DNA of 64,000 bases, from positions 2,313,561 through 2,377,560 of the forward strand of contig CAWIUL010000011.1 of the NCBI GenBank assembly GCA_963839305.1, written 5' to 3'. Shown piece by piece: positions 9,864-20,812 of the stretch. The position numbers and the translations under genes were made by a program. Numbering within the stretch: the stretch's first letter is position 1; each line of letters begins with the position of its first letter. Under the pieces are notes generated by a model. The model did not search any database, had not been told where the DNA came from, and saw only the letters and a program-made list of their open reading frames with translations. This DNA is from an uncultured delta proteobacterium (lineage in GTDB: Bacteria > Myxococcota_A > Polyangia > Polyangiales > Polyangiaceae).

Positions 9864-11086
9864 CCCTGGTGCTTCATCGCGCCGAGCGCGCGTGAGGCGA
9901 CGAGCGCCGTGGCGAGCGCCGCGATCGCGCCCGCGAGGATGGCGCTGCTCTCTCCCCATCGGTTCGCGATCATCCCGCCCAAGGCGGCTCCGATCGTCGC
10001 GTTCGAGTAGAAATTGAGCTGCGACATCGCCATCACGCGCGACTTCGCCTCCGGGGTCGCGGTGAGCTGCACCGTGGCGGTCAGCGTGGAGAACGTCGCG
10101 ATCCAGCCGAGGCCGGCGATGAAGAAGAACGGCACCGTGGCTTGCACGGTGGTCGCGCGCGAGGCGAAGAGCATCGCGCCGCCGAAGGTCGCGATGCCGA
10201 ACGACGCGGTCGCGCGGTTTCCGAGCCGCGCGCGGATGCGCGACAAGAACAGGCCGCTCGTGATCGCCCCCGCGCCGAGGCCGCTCAAGAGCGCGCCGTA
10301 GCCCGTCGCGGAGGCGCCGAGCGAGTGCTTGGCGAACGCGGGCAGGATCGACATCACGAGCGACGCGGCGATCGCGAACGTGCCGTGCGTGATGAAGATC
10401 CCGCGGAGCACGGGCGTCGTCCACACCTCGCGAAATGGATCCGCGAACGCAGCGACGAGCCTCGACGGCGTGTCGGGTCTTTGGAGCTCCGAGGCGCGCT
10501 TCACCTCGGGGTAGCGATGAAGCACCCAGAACACCGCGAGGAAGCTCACGCCGTTCACGATGAACGTCACCTCGGCGCTCGTAGCCGCGAGCAAGAGCCC
10601 GCCGAGCGCAGGCCCGAGCACGCGCGCGATGTTGAACGCGATCGACCCGAGCGTCACCGCGTCGGCCGTTTGCCTTCGCGGCAAGAGCTCGGGCACGAGC
10701 GTCGACCACGCGGGCGCGCCGAGCGTCACCGCAGCGCCGAGCACCGCGGTGCACCCGAGCAGCACGCCCGGCGTCATGTGGTGCATGCGGATCGCGACGG
10801 CAGGTCCCACCGCCGCGAGCGCGGAGAGCGCCTGGCTCCACAAGAGGAGCTTCCGCCGGTCGAGCCGGTCCGCGAGCAGCCCCGCGGGCAGCGTCAGCAC
10901 GAGCGTCGGCCCGAGAAAGCACGCCGCGAGCGCCGCCACGAGCCGCGGATCGCGCGACATCGAGAGCATGACCCAGCTCTCGCCCACGTCCTGCACCCAA
11001 GTCCCGATGAACGAGAAGACCGACGCGAGCCAAATGGCTCGAAACGCGCGGTTTCGTAAGGGTGCAGGTTCGGTATGTGGGCTCAT
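9824..11086 (-). CDS. MFS transporter
   Basis: Track ORF, 420 aa, 12 TM pattern, MFS-type loops. Confidence 0.85.
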   Translation of the reverse strand: MSPHTEPAPLRNRAFRAIWLASVFSFIGTWVQDVGESWVMLSMSRDPRLVAALAACFLGPTLVLTLPAGLLADRLDRRKLLLWSQALSALAAVGPAVAIRMHHMTPGVLLGCTAVLGAAVTLGAPAWSTLVPELLPRRQTADAVTLGSIAFNIARVLGPALGGLLLAATSAEVTFIVNGVSFLAVFWVLHRYPEVKRASELQRPDTPSRLVAAFADPFREVWTTPVLRGIFITHGTFAIAASLVMSILPAFAKHSLGASATGYGALLSGLGAGAITSGLFLSRIRARLGNRATASFGIATFGGAMLFASRATTVQATVPFFFIAGLGWIATFSTLTATVQLTATPEAKSRVMAMSQLNFYSNATIGAALGGMIANRWGESSAILAGAIAALATALVASRALGAMKHQGHLLVNPIGPSAK

Positions 11087-11292
11087 GCGTAAAAGGACGC
11101 GACGCGTCAGCGTGAGCTGACATGGAGCGCGTCAGCCATCAGCCGTCAGCTGTCAGACTCTCGCACTGTGAACGCTCTTAGGTCCGATTTCTATCGCGAC
11201 CATTGCCTTTTGCCACGGTGACCCGCGCGGGCTGGTCGGATCTCGGTGTTACGACGCCGATGGGCCCGCGGACGCGACAATAACCAAACGCG

Positions 11293-12060
11293 CTAAGCGA
11301 GCCAGCGCGCCAAGACGCACGTGATGTTGTCCGGTCCACCGTGCTCGTTCGCGCGCTGGATCAGGCGGCTCGCGGCGGTCTTCAGGTCGCCGGAGTTCGT
11401 CACGATGTCGAGCATGTCGGGGTCGGTCACGGGGCCCGAGAGTCCGTCGGAGCAGAGCAGGTACGTGTCGCCCGCGCGCGGCTGCTCGTAGCGCGTGTCC
11501 ACCTTCACGGTGTCCTTCATGCCGAGCGCGCGCACGATGACGTTCTTGTGCGGGAAGTTCGCGATCTCTTCCGGCGTGAGGCGCTTCATCTTGATGTAGT
11601 CGTTCAGCAGCGAGTGGTCCTCGGTGAGCTGCTCGATCTTGCCGTCACGAATGCGGTAGCCGCGCGAGTCGCCGACGTGCGCGACGTAGACGCCGTCTTC
11701 CACGGCGAACATCGTCACGATCGTCGTGCCCATGCCGCGCTGCCGCGGATCGCGCTGCGCGCTCTCGTAGATGCGCAGGTTGGCGAGCTTGATGCCGGTG
11801 ATGAGCCGGTTCTCCTCGTAACCCTTGCTGCGGTCCATCTTGTACGGCCACGTGCGCTCGGGGTCCTGCGCGGTCGACGCGAAGAACTCCTTCAGCGAGT
11901 CGACGGCCATCTTGCTCGCGACCTCGCCCGAGGCGTGCCCGCCCATTCCATCGGCGACGATGTAGAGGCCAGCATCCTCGATGATGGAGAAACTGTCCTC
12001 GTTGTGGGTACGTTTCATACCCACGTTGGTTTCTCCCGCCACCTCGATGCGCAAGGCCAT
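11293..12060 (-). CDS. PP2C-family Ser/Thr protein phosphatase
   Basis: Track ORF 11293..12081. Motifs TNVGMKRTHNEDSF, VADGMGGH, DGLSG, NEHGGPDNITCV. Start taken at the second ATG. Confidence 0.85.
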   Translation of the reverse strand: MALRIEVAGETNVGMKRTHNEDSFSIIEDAGLYIVADGMGGHASGEVASKMAVDSLKEFFASTAQDPERTWPYKMDRSKGYEENRLITGIKLANLRIYESAQRDPRQRGMGTTIVTMFAVEDGVYVAHVGDSRGYRIRDGKIEQLTEDHSLLNDYIKMKRLTPEEIANFPHKNVIVRALGMKDTVKVDTRYEQPRAGDTYLLCSDGLSGPVTDPDMLDIVTNSGDLKTAASRLIQRANEHGGPDNITCVLARWLA

Positions 12061-12162
12061 CGTGACCGTCGAAGCTAGCACGAACGTCAGAGCGACAACA
12101 AACCGCGAAGAATCTCCGACATGACGATTCTTCGTTCGAGCCGGAACACGAGGCGAAATGGC

Positions 12163-13185
12163 TTACGGCGTGGCCTGGAGCGTCACGTCCACCTCGCGGT
12201 AGCGCCCCTGCGCGAACACCGAGAGCTTCAGCACGTCGCCCACGGCGTGCTTCGAGACGATCTCCGCCAGGCGCTCGGGCGTGTCGAGCGGCTGCCCGTC
12301 GGCGACGACGATGAGATCGGTCGTCGTGTGGAGACCGCCGCGCTCCGCGGGCGAGTGCGGCGCGACCGCTTGAACGCGCACGCCGCGGATGCCGTTGACC
12401 GAGTCGGGCGAGCCGTTGATGCCGAGCCACGGCGAGGGCGGCACGGCGGTGGCTGGCGTGCGCGAGAGAAAGACTCGGATCGACAAGATGGGAACGACGA
12501 TCGCGACGTCGCTGCACCCCGCGGCGTCGACGTGTCCAGGTCGCGACGTCCCGCCTGCGGCGGATGCGTCGACGTTCTTGCACGCGTGGCCGACGAGGCC
12601 GAGCACGCGCCCGTCGGGATCGAGCAGTGGCGCGCCCGAGGAGGGCGGCCGCTCGAGCGACCACGCTCCGCTGAGCGACGTTCCGTCCTTGGCGTGCGCG
12701 TCGAGGCGCTCTTTGAGCTTCGTCGGGCCGAGCGTGATGCGGCCCGCGGCGAGCGTCGCCGTTCGGAGCTCGACGACCATCGGATCCTGATCGCTCGTGA
12801 GGAGGCCCGTCGTGGAGCGCCCCGAGAGCGGCACGAGCAGCGCGAGGTCGAGCACGGTGTCCTTGTGGCCCGCGCGCGCGTGGACGACGTGACCGTCGGC
12901 GTAGCGGATGTCGGCTTGGTCGCCTGGTCCGACCGACGAGAGCGCCGTGACGACGCGACCGTCGCCCTCGAGCACGACGCCGATGCCCGTCGCGCGCCCC
13001 GCGACCTCGATCGTGACGAGACCTTGGCGGATGCGCTCCGCGGAGAGCCCACGCGATGGCGCGCCGGACGCGGAAGCGGTCGGATTCGGGAGCGTTCCGA
13101 GCGGCAACGGGTCGCCCGAGGCGACGGCCTCGACCCCTGCCACGGCGACCACCACGCAAGCGAAAGCCAAGATTTCGCGCTTCAC
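12163..13185 (-). CDS. secreted trypsin-like (S1C/HtrA-like) serine protease with C-terminal PDZ domain
   Basis: Track ORF. Signal peptide. His/Asp/Ser region (GHVVHA, DLALL, SSGAPLLD) and PDZ-like LGINGSP...GVRVQAV. Confidence 0.7.
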   Translation of the reverse strand: MKREILAFACVVVAVAGVEAVASGDPLPLGTLPNPTASASGAPSRGLSAERIRQGLVTIEVAGRATGIGVVLEGDGRVVTALSSVGPGDQADIRYADGHVVHARAGHKDTVLDLALLVPLSGRSTTGLLTSDQDPMVVELRTATLAAGRITLGPTKLKERLDAHAKDGTSLSGAWSLERPPSSGAPLLDPDGRVLGLVGHACKNVDASAAGGTSRPGHVDAAGCSDVAIVVPILSIRVFLSRTPATAVPPSPWLGINGSPDSVNGIRGVRVQAVAPHSPAERGGLHTTTDLIVVADGQPLDTPERLAEIVSKHAVGDVLKLSVFAQGRYREVDVTLQATP

Positions 13186-13254
13186 CCGTCGAGCATACCT
13201 GAAGGCAGCGCCTTGACACGCGCCCCGTCTTGGTAGTCAATCCGCCACACCGCG

Positions 13255-13461
13255 ATGGACAGCCACGACACGCATGACGTGCAAGACGAGCCGCAGAGCC
13301 CGATGTGGTTGCCGGCGCTCGGCATCGTTCTCTTTCTCGTCGCGGGCATCTGGTGGGCGACGCGCCCCGTGCCGCAGGCGCCCCCGCCGCCCACGCCCGC
13401 CGCGTCGGCCACGCCGCCCCCGGCCGTGTCGGTCGCGCCGGCCGCGCCACGCGGGCACTGA
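13255..13461 (+). CDS. small proline-rich single-TM protein
   Basis: Track ORF, 68 aa, one TM helix followed by a Pro/Ala-rich tail. High GC3. Confidence 0.4.
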   Translation: MDSHDTHDVQDEPQSPMWLPALGIVLFLVAGIWWATRPVPQAPPPPTPAASATPPPAVSVAPAAPRGH

Positions 13462-13472
13462 CCTCGTCGCGC

Positions 13473-14343
13473 TTGCGCATCTGGGAGGCGGCAGACTGGG
13501 CACGGCTGCGCGCGGCGACGCGGACGCGTTTCGCGCCCTCGCCCACGGGTGATCTGCACCTCGGCGGCGCGCTCTGCGCCCTCGCCTCGCGGGATCTCGC
13601 GCGTGAGGGGCGGCGGAGCGTTCGTCGTTCGCATGGAGGACCTCGACCCGCCGCGCGTCGTCGCGGGCTCGGCGGAGCGCATCCTCGACGACCTCGAGTG
13701 GCTCGGCCTCGCAGGCGACGAGGGGCCGCGAATTGGCGGCCCGCTCGAGCCTTATGTGCAGTCTGCACGCTTTTCGATCTACGCGCGCGCCCTCTCTTTC
13801 CTCGAAGGAAGCGGCCTCACCTACGCGTGCGACTGCTCGCGCTCGGAGATCACGCGCGTCGCGAGCGCGCCGCACGAGGGCGAGGACGTCCTCTACCCCG
13901 GCACGTGCCGCGACAAGGATCCCGCGCGCGAGATGCGTCGGCCGCCCGCCGTCCGCTTCCGCGGGAGCGGCGGGATCGACGATTTCGTGCTCCGTCGCGG
14001 CGACGGCGTCTTCAGCTACCAGCTCGCCGTCAGCGTCGACGATCTCGCGATGGCGATCGCGGTCGTCGTGCGCGGCGAGGACCTTCGCACGTCGACCCCG
14101 CGCCAGCTCGCGATCATGCGCGCGCTCGGCGCGACCGACGCCGAGCTCCCGCGCTACGTGCACCTGCCTCTCGTGCGCGACGCCTCGGGGGCGCGCCTCT
14201 CGAAGCGCACCGCGGGCGGACGCGTGCGCGCGCTGCGAGAAGGCGGAGTCTCCGCGCGCGAGATCCTCGACGTGCTCGCGCCCGCCACGAAGGGCGGCGC
14301 GCCGCTCGTCGTGCCCGAAGCGTGGGAGCGCTGCGGGGTTTGA
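13473..14343 (+). CDS. gluQ: glutamyl-Q tRNA(Asp) synthetase, frameshifted near 13610
   Basis: N-terminal RFAPSPTGDLHLGGALCALAS is in the frame of track ORF 13305. The remainder (RMEDLDPP ... YQLAVSVDD ... LSKR) is in track ORF 13549..14343. Probable TTG start at 13473. Confidence 0.7.
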
Positions 14344-14344
14344 T

Positions 14345-15598
<1,254 letters not shown>

Positions 15599-15614
15599 CG
15601 AGGGACGAGAAATC

Positions 15615-16514
15615 CTAACGCGCCCAGCGACACGCGTCGCGGATCTTCGGCGAGACGTAGACCGGGTCGAGCGTCGCGCCCGGCTCGTTCTTGTGCCAAT
15701 CGTCGCACGTGGCCTGCGCGAGCGCCGTCGCGTCGAGCGCGACGTAGGCCTCGACGAGCGCGCGATCGATCGATGCGGCCTGCGCGTGGGAGAGGTCGGT
15801 CTGCGCGACGAGGCGATTTCCGCGAGCGACGGCGTCGACGTAGCGGCCCGCGCGCACGTCCGCGAGCAGCAGCGGGATCTCCGCCGCGACCTTACGCTGC
15901 GCCGCGAGCGTCGCGCCGCCTGCCTCGCGGCGTCCGCGGCCGTCCTCGCCGAGCGCCTCCGTGCGCCCCGCGTCCGTCAGCTCGAGCGTGGAAATCGGCA
16001 CGAGCACGACCTCGCCACGCAAGAGCTTCCACTCCTTCTTGCCGTTGTAGGCATCGATCTCCCAGGCGAGGTTCTGGTCGCCGAGGTACTTGCGCGCGAT
16101 CGCGAGCGTCGTGTCGCCCTCGGCCGCGATGTACGTGAGCACGTACGGGATGCGCACCTCTTGTCCCGGCGAAGGCGCGATCCAGGCGAACGCGTCGTTG
16201 GCGCGCGCGAGGTAATCGGCGCGTTTGTCGTCGCCCAGGAAATCCCGCGCGAGGCTCGCCCACGTCTCGTGCGCGACGACGCGATGGAAATCGCAGGCGG
16301 GGATCTGCAGGTGCATGCCCGGCACGATGGCGCTTCCGCCCTGCACGTCGAGCGAGTTCGCGCCCGCGAGGAGACCCTCGCGTGAGGGCTCACCGTAGAG
16401 CCGCTTGGCGATGTCGGCGAGCGACTCCTTCGGTCGAACCACGTGCACGAAGGCGCTCGCGTCGTGCCCAGCAGTGAAGAGCGCCGCGAATGCGAGGAGG
16501 CGCGTCAGCTTCAT
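15615..16514 (-). CDS. secreted protein with two LysM domains
   Basis: C-terminal 300 aa of track ORF 15615..17327, starting at MKLTRLLAFAALF (signal peptide). Two LysM-like repeats. Confidence 0.75.
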   Translation of the reverse strand: MKLTRLLAFAALFTAGHDASAFVHVVRPKESLADIAKRLYGEPSREGLLAGANSLDVQGGSAIVPGMHLQIPACDFHRVVAHETWASLARDFLGDDKRADYLARANDAFAWIAPSPGQEVRIPYVLTYIAAEGDTTLAIARKYLGDQNLAWEIDAYNGKKEWKLLRGEVVLVPISTLELTDAGRTEALGEDGRGRREAGGATLAAQRKVAAEIPLLLADVRAGRYVDAVARGNRLVAQTDLSHAQAASIDRALVEAYVALDATALAQATCDDWHKNEPGATLDPVYVSPKIRDACRWAR

Positions 16515-16541
16515 CTGCGGGATGATACCCTGACCTACTCG

Positions 16542-17213
16542 ATGAACGCGGACCTTGCAGCAGAAGCCGTGCGATTGCACCGGCGTTACCTCATCGAGAT
16601 CGTCGAGGAGCTCGGGTTTTGCCCGTGGGCAAAGAAGTCGCGCATCACCGGACGCATCCGCCACCACGCGTCGCTGACGACCGACGAACGCGAAGCCGCG
16701 CGTGAGACCGAAGAAGCGATCGGCCGGTGGACGGCCGAAGCGGACGTCGAGGTCGGCTTCGTGATCTTTCCGCGGCTCGAGATCTCGCGGCGCGCGTTCG
16801 ACGCGCTCACGTCGCAGGTGAACCAGCGCGAGGCCGAGCGGCACGCTCTCGGCGAGGTCCCGTTCGTCATGGCCGCGTTCCACCCCGACGCGAGCGCCGA
16901 CACCGCGACCGGCGAGCGGTTGATCCCGTTCTTGCGCCGAACGCCGGACCCGTCGCTCCAGCTCGTTCGCGTCTCGGTGCTCGACGCCGTGCGCGCGAAC
17001 ACGCCACAGGGCACGCGCCTCGTCGACATGGAGGAGATCATGAAGGGCATGATCGGCCTCGACTCGCTCCGCGAGGAGCTTCCGCTGCGCGAGCGCATCG
17101 CGCGACAGAACTTGCAGACCGCGCGCGAATTGGGCCTTCAAGAGCTCGCTCGCAAGCTCGACGACATCCGCGCCGACCGCGACCGCACGTACACCGCGCT
17201 CGCGCATCGTTAG
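16542..17213 (+). CDS. DUF1415-like cytoplasmic protein
   Basis: Internal Met (M34) of track ORF 16443..17213. Divergent from the LysM gene. Confidence 0.55.
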   Translation: MNADLAAEAVRLHRRYLIEIVEELGFCPWAKKSRITGRIRHHASLTTDEREAARETEEAIGRWTAEADVEVGFVIFPRLEISRRAFDALTSQVNQREAERHALGEVPFVMAAFHPDASADTATGERLIPFLRRTPDPSLQLVRVSVLDAVRANTPQGTRLVDMEEIMKGMIGLDSLREELPLRERIARQNLQTARELGLQELARKLDDIRADRDRTYTALAHR

Positions 17214-17273
17214 CGCGCACACCTGGCCCAGGCCGGCCCCAAACCAGGCCCGGCCACCGCCCAGAAATCGTCG

Positions 17274-17297
17274 ATAACGTTCGGACCCGAACGATCT
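17274..17297. promoter_or_regulatory. inverted repeat CGTTCGG-ACC-CGAACG, candidate MarR operator
   Basis: Perfect 7-bp arms with a 3-bp spacer, ~55 bp upstream of the MarR start in a lower-GC intergenic region. Confidence 0.35.
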
Positions 17298-17349
17298 GGC
17301 CAATTTTTGTTCGCTGAGAGTTGGCATTGGATGTGCTCACAGGCGTGGC

Positions 17350-17913
17350 ATGGACGCTGTTTTCTTCTCGATGAAGCGGGCTCATTTGGGTGGAGAGCGG
17401 CTTGGGCGGAAGTTGCTCGAGCCGTTCGGGCTGACGCCGGCGCGGTTCGATTTGATGAACACGATCGCCGACAGGAAAAGGCCAATGCCACAGAAGGAGC
17501 TTTGGAAACGGCTTGGTGTCGTGCGGTCCGCCGTGTGCGAAATGGTGAAAGCGCTGATGAAGCTCGCGCTCGTGAAGCGGTACCGTGCGGCGGACTCACG
17601 AACGTGGATTGTGCGGCTCACCACGCGTGGCCGCGAAGTCATCAGGCGCGCGTACGACGCGCTCATCAATCGAGGCGACGCGACGGTGCACGTCGATGCA
17701 TTGATCACCGACGACGCGGAAATCGATCCGGCTTCTACGCGTTACGACTGGGTGGGAACGTTCTTCGAGATCGGCGCACGGCTGGGAAACTGGGTGCGGC
17801 GCAACACCGATCTTTATTGTTGGGACATCGAGGAGTTCTACGCCTGGCTCACGACGGCAGGGGACGGCGAGTTCGGCGCGGTTCCGTTCGTGAGCGCTAC
17901 TCCGGATGCGTAG
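17350..17913 (+). CDS. MarR-family transcriptional regulator (compositionally atypical)
   Basis: Track ORF. Winged-helix region. GC3 is visibly lower than in neighbouring genes. Confidence 0.8.
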   Translation: MDAVFFSMKRAHLGGERLGRKLLEPFGLTPARFDLMNTIADRKRPMPQKELWKRLGVVRSAVCEMVKALMKLALVKRYRAADSRTWIVRLTTRGREVIRRAYDALINRGDATVHVDALITDDAEIDPASTRYDWVGTFFEIGARLGNWVRRNTDLYCWDIEEFYAWLTTAGDGEFGAVPFVSATPDA

Positions 17914-19234
17914 AAGCGGTCGCGCTCGCGACGTCCATCGTGACGTCGAGTGTCGCGGTTTCGGCGGCGGCGATGGCGACGCGGCGCGTCTGCGTCGGAG
18001 CGCTCGGGTGCTTGAACGTGACGAAGTGGACGCCGGGCGCGAGCGGGATGGCGCGCGCCATCGGCGTCGTGTCGACGTGCTGGCCGTCGACGGACACCTC
18101 GGCCCACGGCGTCGCGAGGACGCGCAAGAACCCGGGTCTCGCCGCGCCGAGCGGGCCTTCGGTCGCCGGAGTGGATTGCTCTGTCGCGTGATCGGTCGCG
18201 TGCACCAGCGCGAGCCCCAAGACGAGCGTGACGCCGAAGAGCGCGAGGCTCCACGACGTTTGGAGCAGCGGCGTGCGCGGCTCGCTCGCGCGCACGAGCG
18301 AAGGCACGTCGCCCGCGACGAGCCGCGCGGAGGCGAGCGCGCCGCGCACGAGCTGGCGCATCGAGAGCTCGGTGCGCGAGCGCACGAACTCCTTGAGCTC
18401 CTCCGCGACGGCGTCGGCCGACGTGGGCCGATCCGCCGGATGTTTCTCGATGCAGCGCATGACGACGCGCTCGAGCGCGCGCGGGACGTCCGGCGCGCGC
18501 TGACGAAGCTGAACCGCGGGGCTCGTGCGCGTCGCGTGCGCCGGCGCGCGCTTCTCGCCGGGTTTGTCGAACGGACGCACACCGCAGAGGAGCTGGTAGA
18601 GGACGACGCCGAGCGAGAACAGATCACTCCGCGCGTCGACCGCCTCGCCGAGCAGCTGCTCGGGCGCCATGTACGCGGGGGTACCGAACGCGGTCTGCGA
18701 CGTGCCGTGCGCGGGCGTCTCCGTGTCGAACGCGGCGGGCTCGTCGACCGACGGAAGGCGCTCGCGGTGCGCAATCGAAAAATCGACGATCTTCACCTCG
18801 CCCTGGCGCGAGAGGATCACGTTCGCCGGCTTGACGTCGCGGTGCACGACGCCGAGCTCGTGCGCGTGCGCGAGACCTTCGGCGACCTCGGCGCCAATCG
18901 CCGCGACCATCTCGGCGCGCAGCTTCGGCTTCTTCGCGAGCAGCTCCGAGAGCGAGAAGCCCGAGATGTACTCGAGCACGAGGTACATCTGCGCCTCGCT
19001 CTTCACGTAATCGAGGAGGAGCACGATGTTCGGGTGCGAGAGCCCCGAGAGCACGCGCGCCTCGCGCTCGAGCTGCGTCGCGAACGTGGAGCTCGGCGGG
19101 ATGGTCGCCTTGAGCGCCTTGATCGCCACCTTGCGCCCGAGCGGCTCCTGCGTCGCGAGGTACACCGTCGCGATCGCGCCCGAGCCGAGCTCGGAGACCG
19201 TCTTGTAATTGCCGAAATGCGGGAGCTCGGGCAT
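17897..19234 (-). CDS. Ser/Thr protein kinase with TM helix and C-terminal PEGA domain
   Basis: Track ORF. Kinase motifs (HRDVKPANV, DFS, APE). C-terminal PWAEVSVDGQHV...GVHFVTF PEGA fold. Confidence 0.9.
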   Translation of the reverse strand: MPELPHFGNYKTVSELGSGAIATVYLATQEPLGRKVAIKALKATIPPSSTFATQLEREARVLSGLSHPNIVLLLDYVKSEAQMYLVLEYISGFSLSELLAKKPKLRAEMVAAIGAEVAEGLAHAHELGVVHRDVKPANVILSRQGEVKIVDFSIAHRERLPSVDEPAAFDTETPAHGTSQTAFGTPAYMAPEQLLGEAVDARSDLFSLGVVLYQLLCGVRPFDKPGEKRAPAHATRTSPAVQLRQRAPDVPRALERVVMRCIEKHPADRPTSADAVAEELKEFVRSRTELSMRQLVRGALASARLVAGDVPSLVRASEPRTPLLQTSWSLALFGVTLVLGLALVHATDHATEQSTPATEGPLGAARPGFLRVLATPWAEVSVDGQHVDTTPMARAIPLAPGVHFVTFKHPSAPTQTRRVAIAAAETATLDVTMDVASATASTHPE

Positions 19235-20763
19235 CAGCGATCGAGCAGCGGGACGCCCGTCATCGCCGCGGGTTGCGGCTGGCCGAGGAGCGCGAGCATC
19301 GTCGGCGCGACGTCGCAGATGCGTCCGCCGCTGCGGACGTGCGCGCCCTTGTCGGCGTCGTTCACGTAGAGCAGCGGCACCGGGTTGAGCGTGTGCGCCG
19401 TGTGCGGCATCCCCGTCGCAGGGTCCTTCATCAGCTCGCAGTTGCCGTGGTCCGCGGTGATGATCACCGCGCCGCCCTTCGCGCGCGCCGCAGAGGCGAT
19501 CGCGCCGACCTGTGCGTCCACCGCTTCGACCGCGTGGATCGCCGCGTCGAGCACGCCCGTGTGGCCCACCATGTCCGGGTTCGCGAAATTCACGAGCACG
19601 AAATCGAAGCGGTCCGACTCGATCGCGCGCACGACCGCCTCGCCCACGCCCTTCGCGCTCATCTCGGGCTTCTTGTCGTACGTCGGCACGTCCTTCGGCG
19701 AAGGGATCATCGCGCGCTCTTCGCCCGTGAACGGCTCCTCGCGCCCGCCGTTGAAGAAGTACGTGATGTGCGCGTACTTCTCGGTCTCCGCGCAGCGAAA
19801 CTGCGTGAGGCCCGCCTTCGCGATCACCTCGGGGAAGATGTCCGGGTACGTCTCCTTCGGGAACGCGATCGGCAGCCCGAGCGACGCGTCGTACGTCGTC
19901 ATGCAGCCGTAGCGCCCCAAGAACGGCGCGCCGTCGCGCTCGAAGCCGTCGAACTTCTCCACGGCCAGCGCCCGCGTGAGCTCGCGCGCGCGATCGGGGC
20001 GGAAATTACAATGCTGCGCGGAGTCCTTTCCGATCTCGACGCCCGCGTAATCGCCGACGACGAACGGCTCCACGAACTCGTCGGTCTTGCCCGCGGCGAT
20101 CGACGCCTCGATCCCCGCGACCGCGCTCGCGTGGCGCGGCGCCCTCGCGTGCACGATCGCGTCGTAGGCCTTTTGCACGCGCTCCCAGCGGTTGTCGCGG
20201 TCCATGCCCCAGTAGCGGCCGCCGACGGTCCCGATGACGCCCTTGCCCGCGAGGTGCTTCTCGAGCGCCGCGACGTATTTCGGCGCGGTCCTCGGCTGAA
20301 CGTCGCGCCCGTCGAGGAAGCAGTGCATCACGACCGGGACGCCGCTCGCGTGCGCCGCGTCGATGACGGCCATGATCTGCGTGAGGAGCGAGTGCACGCC
20401 GCCGTCCGAGCACAGGCCGAGCAGATGAAGACGCCCACCTGCCTTCTTCGCCTGCGCGATGCGCTCCGCGATCACCGGGTTCTTCGCGAGCGACCCGTCG
20501 AAGACGGCGTTGTCGATGCGCGAGATGTCCATCATCGCGATGCGGCCCGCGCCGAAGTTCAGGTGGCCGACTTCGCTGTTTCCCATCTGCCCCGGCGGCA
20601 AGCCGACGTCCGGCCCGCTCGTGCCGATGAGCCCGTGCGGGTATTTCGCGAAGAGCTCCGCGAGGCGCGGCGCGTTCGCGAGGCGTACGGCGTTGTCGTC
20701 GCGCTCGGAGCGCTCTCCGAACCCGTCGAGGATCACCAAGACCAGCGGCCTGGGGCGTGTCAT
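19234..20763 (-). CDS. gpmI: 2,3-bisphosphoglycerate-independent phosphoglycerate mutase
   Basis: Track ORF, 509 aa. LVILDGFG ... SGPDVGLP ... HTGV motifs. Its stop overlaps the kinase ATG (ATGA). Confidence 0.9.
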   Translation of the reverse strand: MTRPRPLVLVILDGFGERSERDDNAVRLANAPRLAELFAKYPHGLIGTSGPDVGLPPGQMGNSEVGHLNFGAGRIAMMDISRIDNAVFDGSLAKNPVIAERIAQAKKAGGRLHLLGLCSDGGVHSLLTQIMAVIDAAHASGVPVVMHCFLDGRDVQPRTAPKYVAALEKHLAGKGVIGTVGGRYWGMDRDNRWERVQKAYDAIVHARAPRHASAVAGIEASIAAGKTDEFVEPFVVGDYAGVEIGKDSAQHCNFRPDRARELTRALAVEKFDGFERDGAPFLGRYGCMTTYDASLGLPIAFPKETYPDIFPEVIAKAGLTQFRCAETEKYAHITYFFNGGREEPFTGEERAMIPSPKDVPTYDKKPEMSAKGVGEAVVRAIESDRFDFVLVNFANPDMVGHTGVLDAAIHAVEAVDAQVGAIASAARAKGGAVIITADHGNCELMKDPATGMPHTAHTLNPVPLLYVNDADKGAHVRSGGRICDVAPTMLALLGQPQPAAMTGVPLLDR

Positions 20764-20812
20764 GCGGGCAAAGCTAGCGCAGCGGAGGGCAACGTTCTAT
20801 TCATCGCGGGCG

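Noticed and set aside
11087-11292. lower-GC intergenic region with short gtcagc/catcagcc repeats
   Set aside because: Too short and irregular for CRISPR or a structured repeat. Most simply the MFS promoter plus PP2C terminator region.
11645-13768. 707-aa minus-strand ORF
   Set aside because: Arg-rich artefact overlapping PP2C and the protease in other frames.
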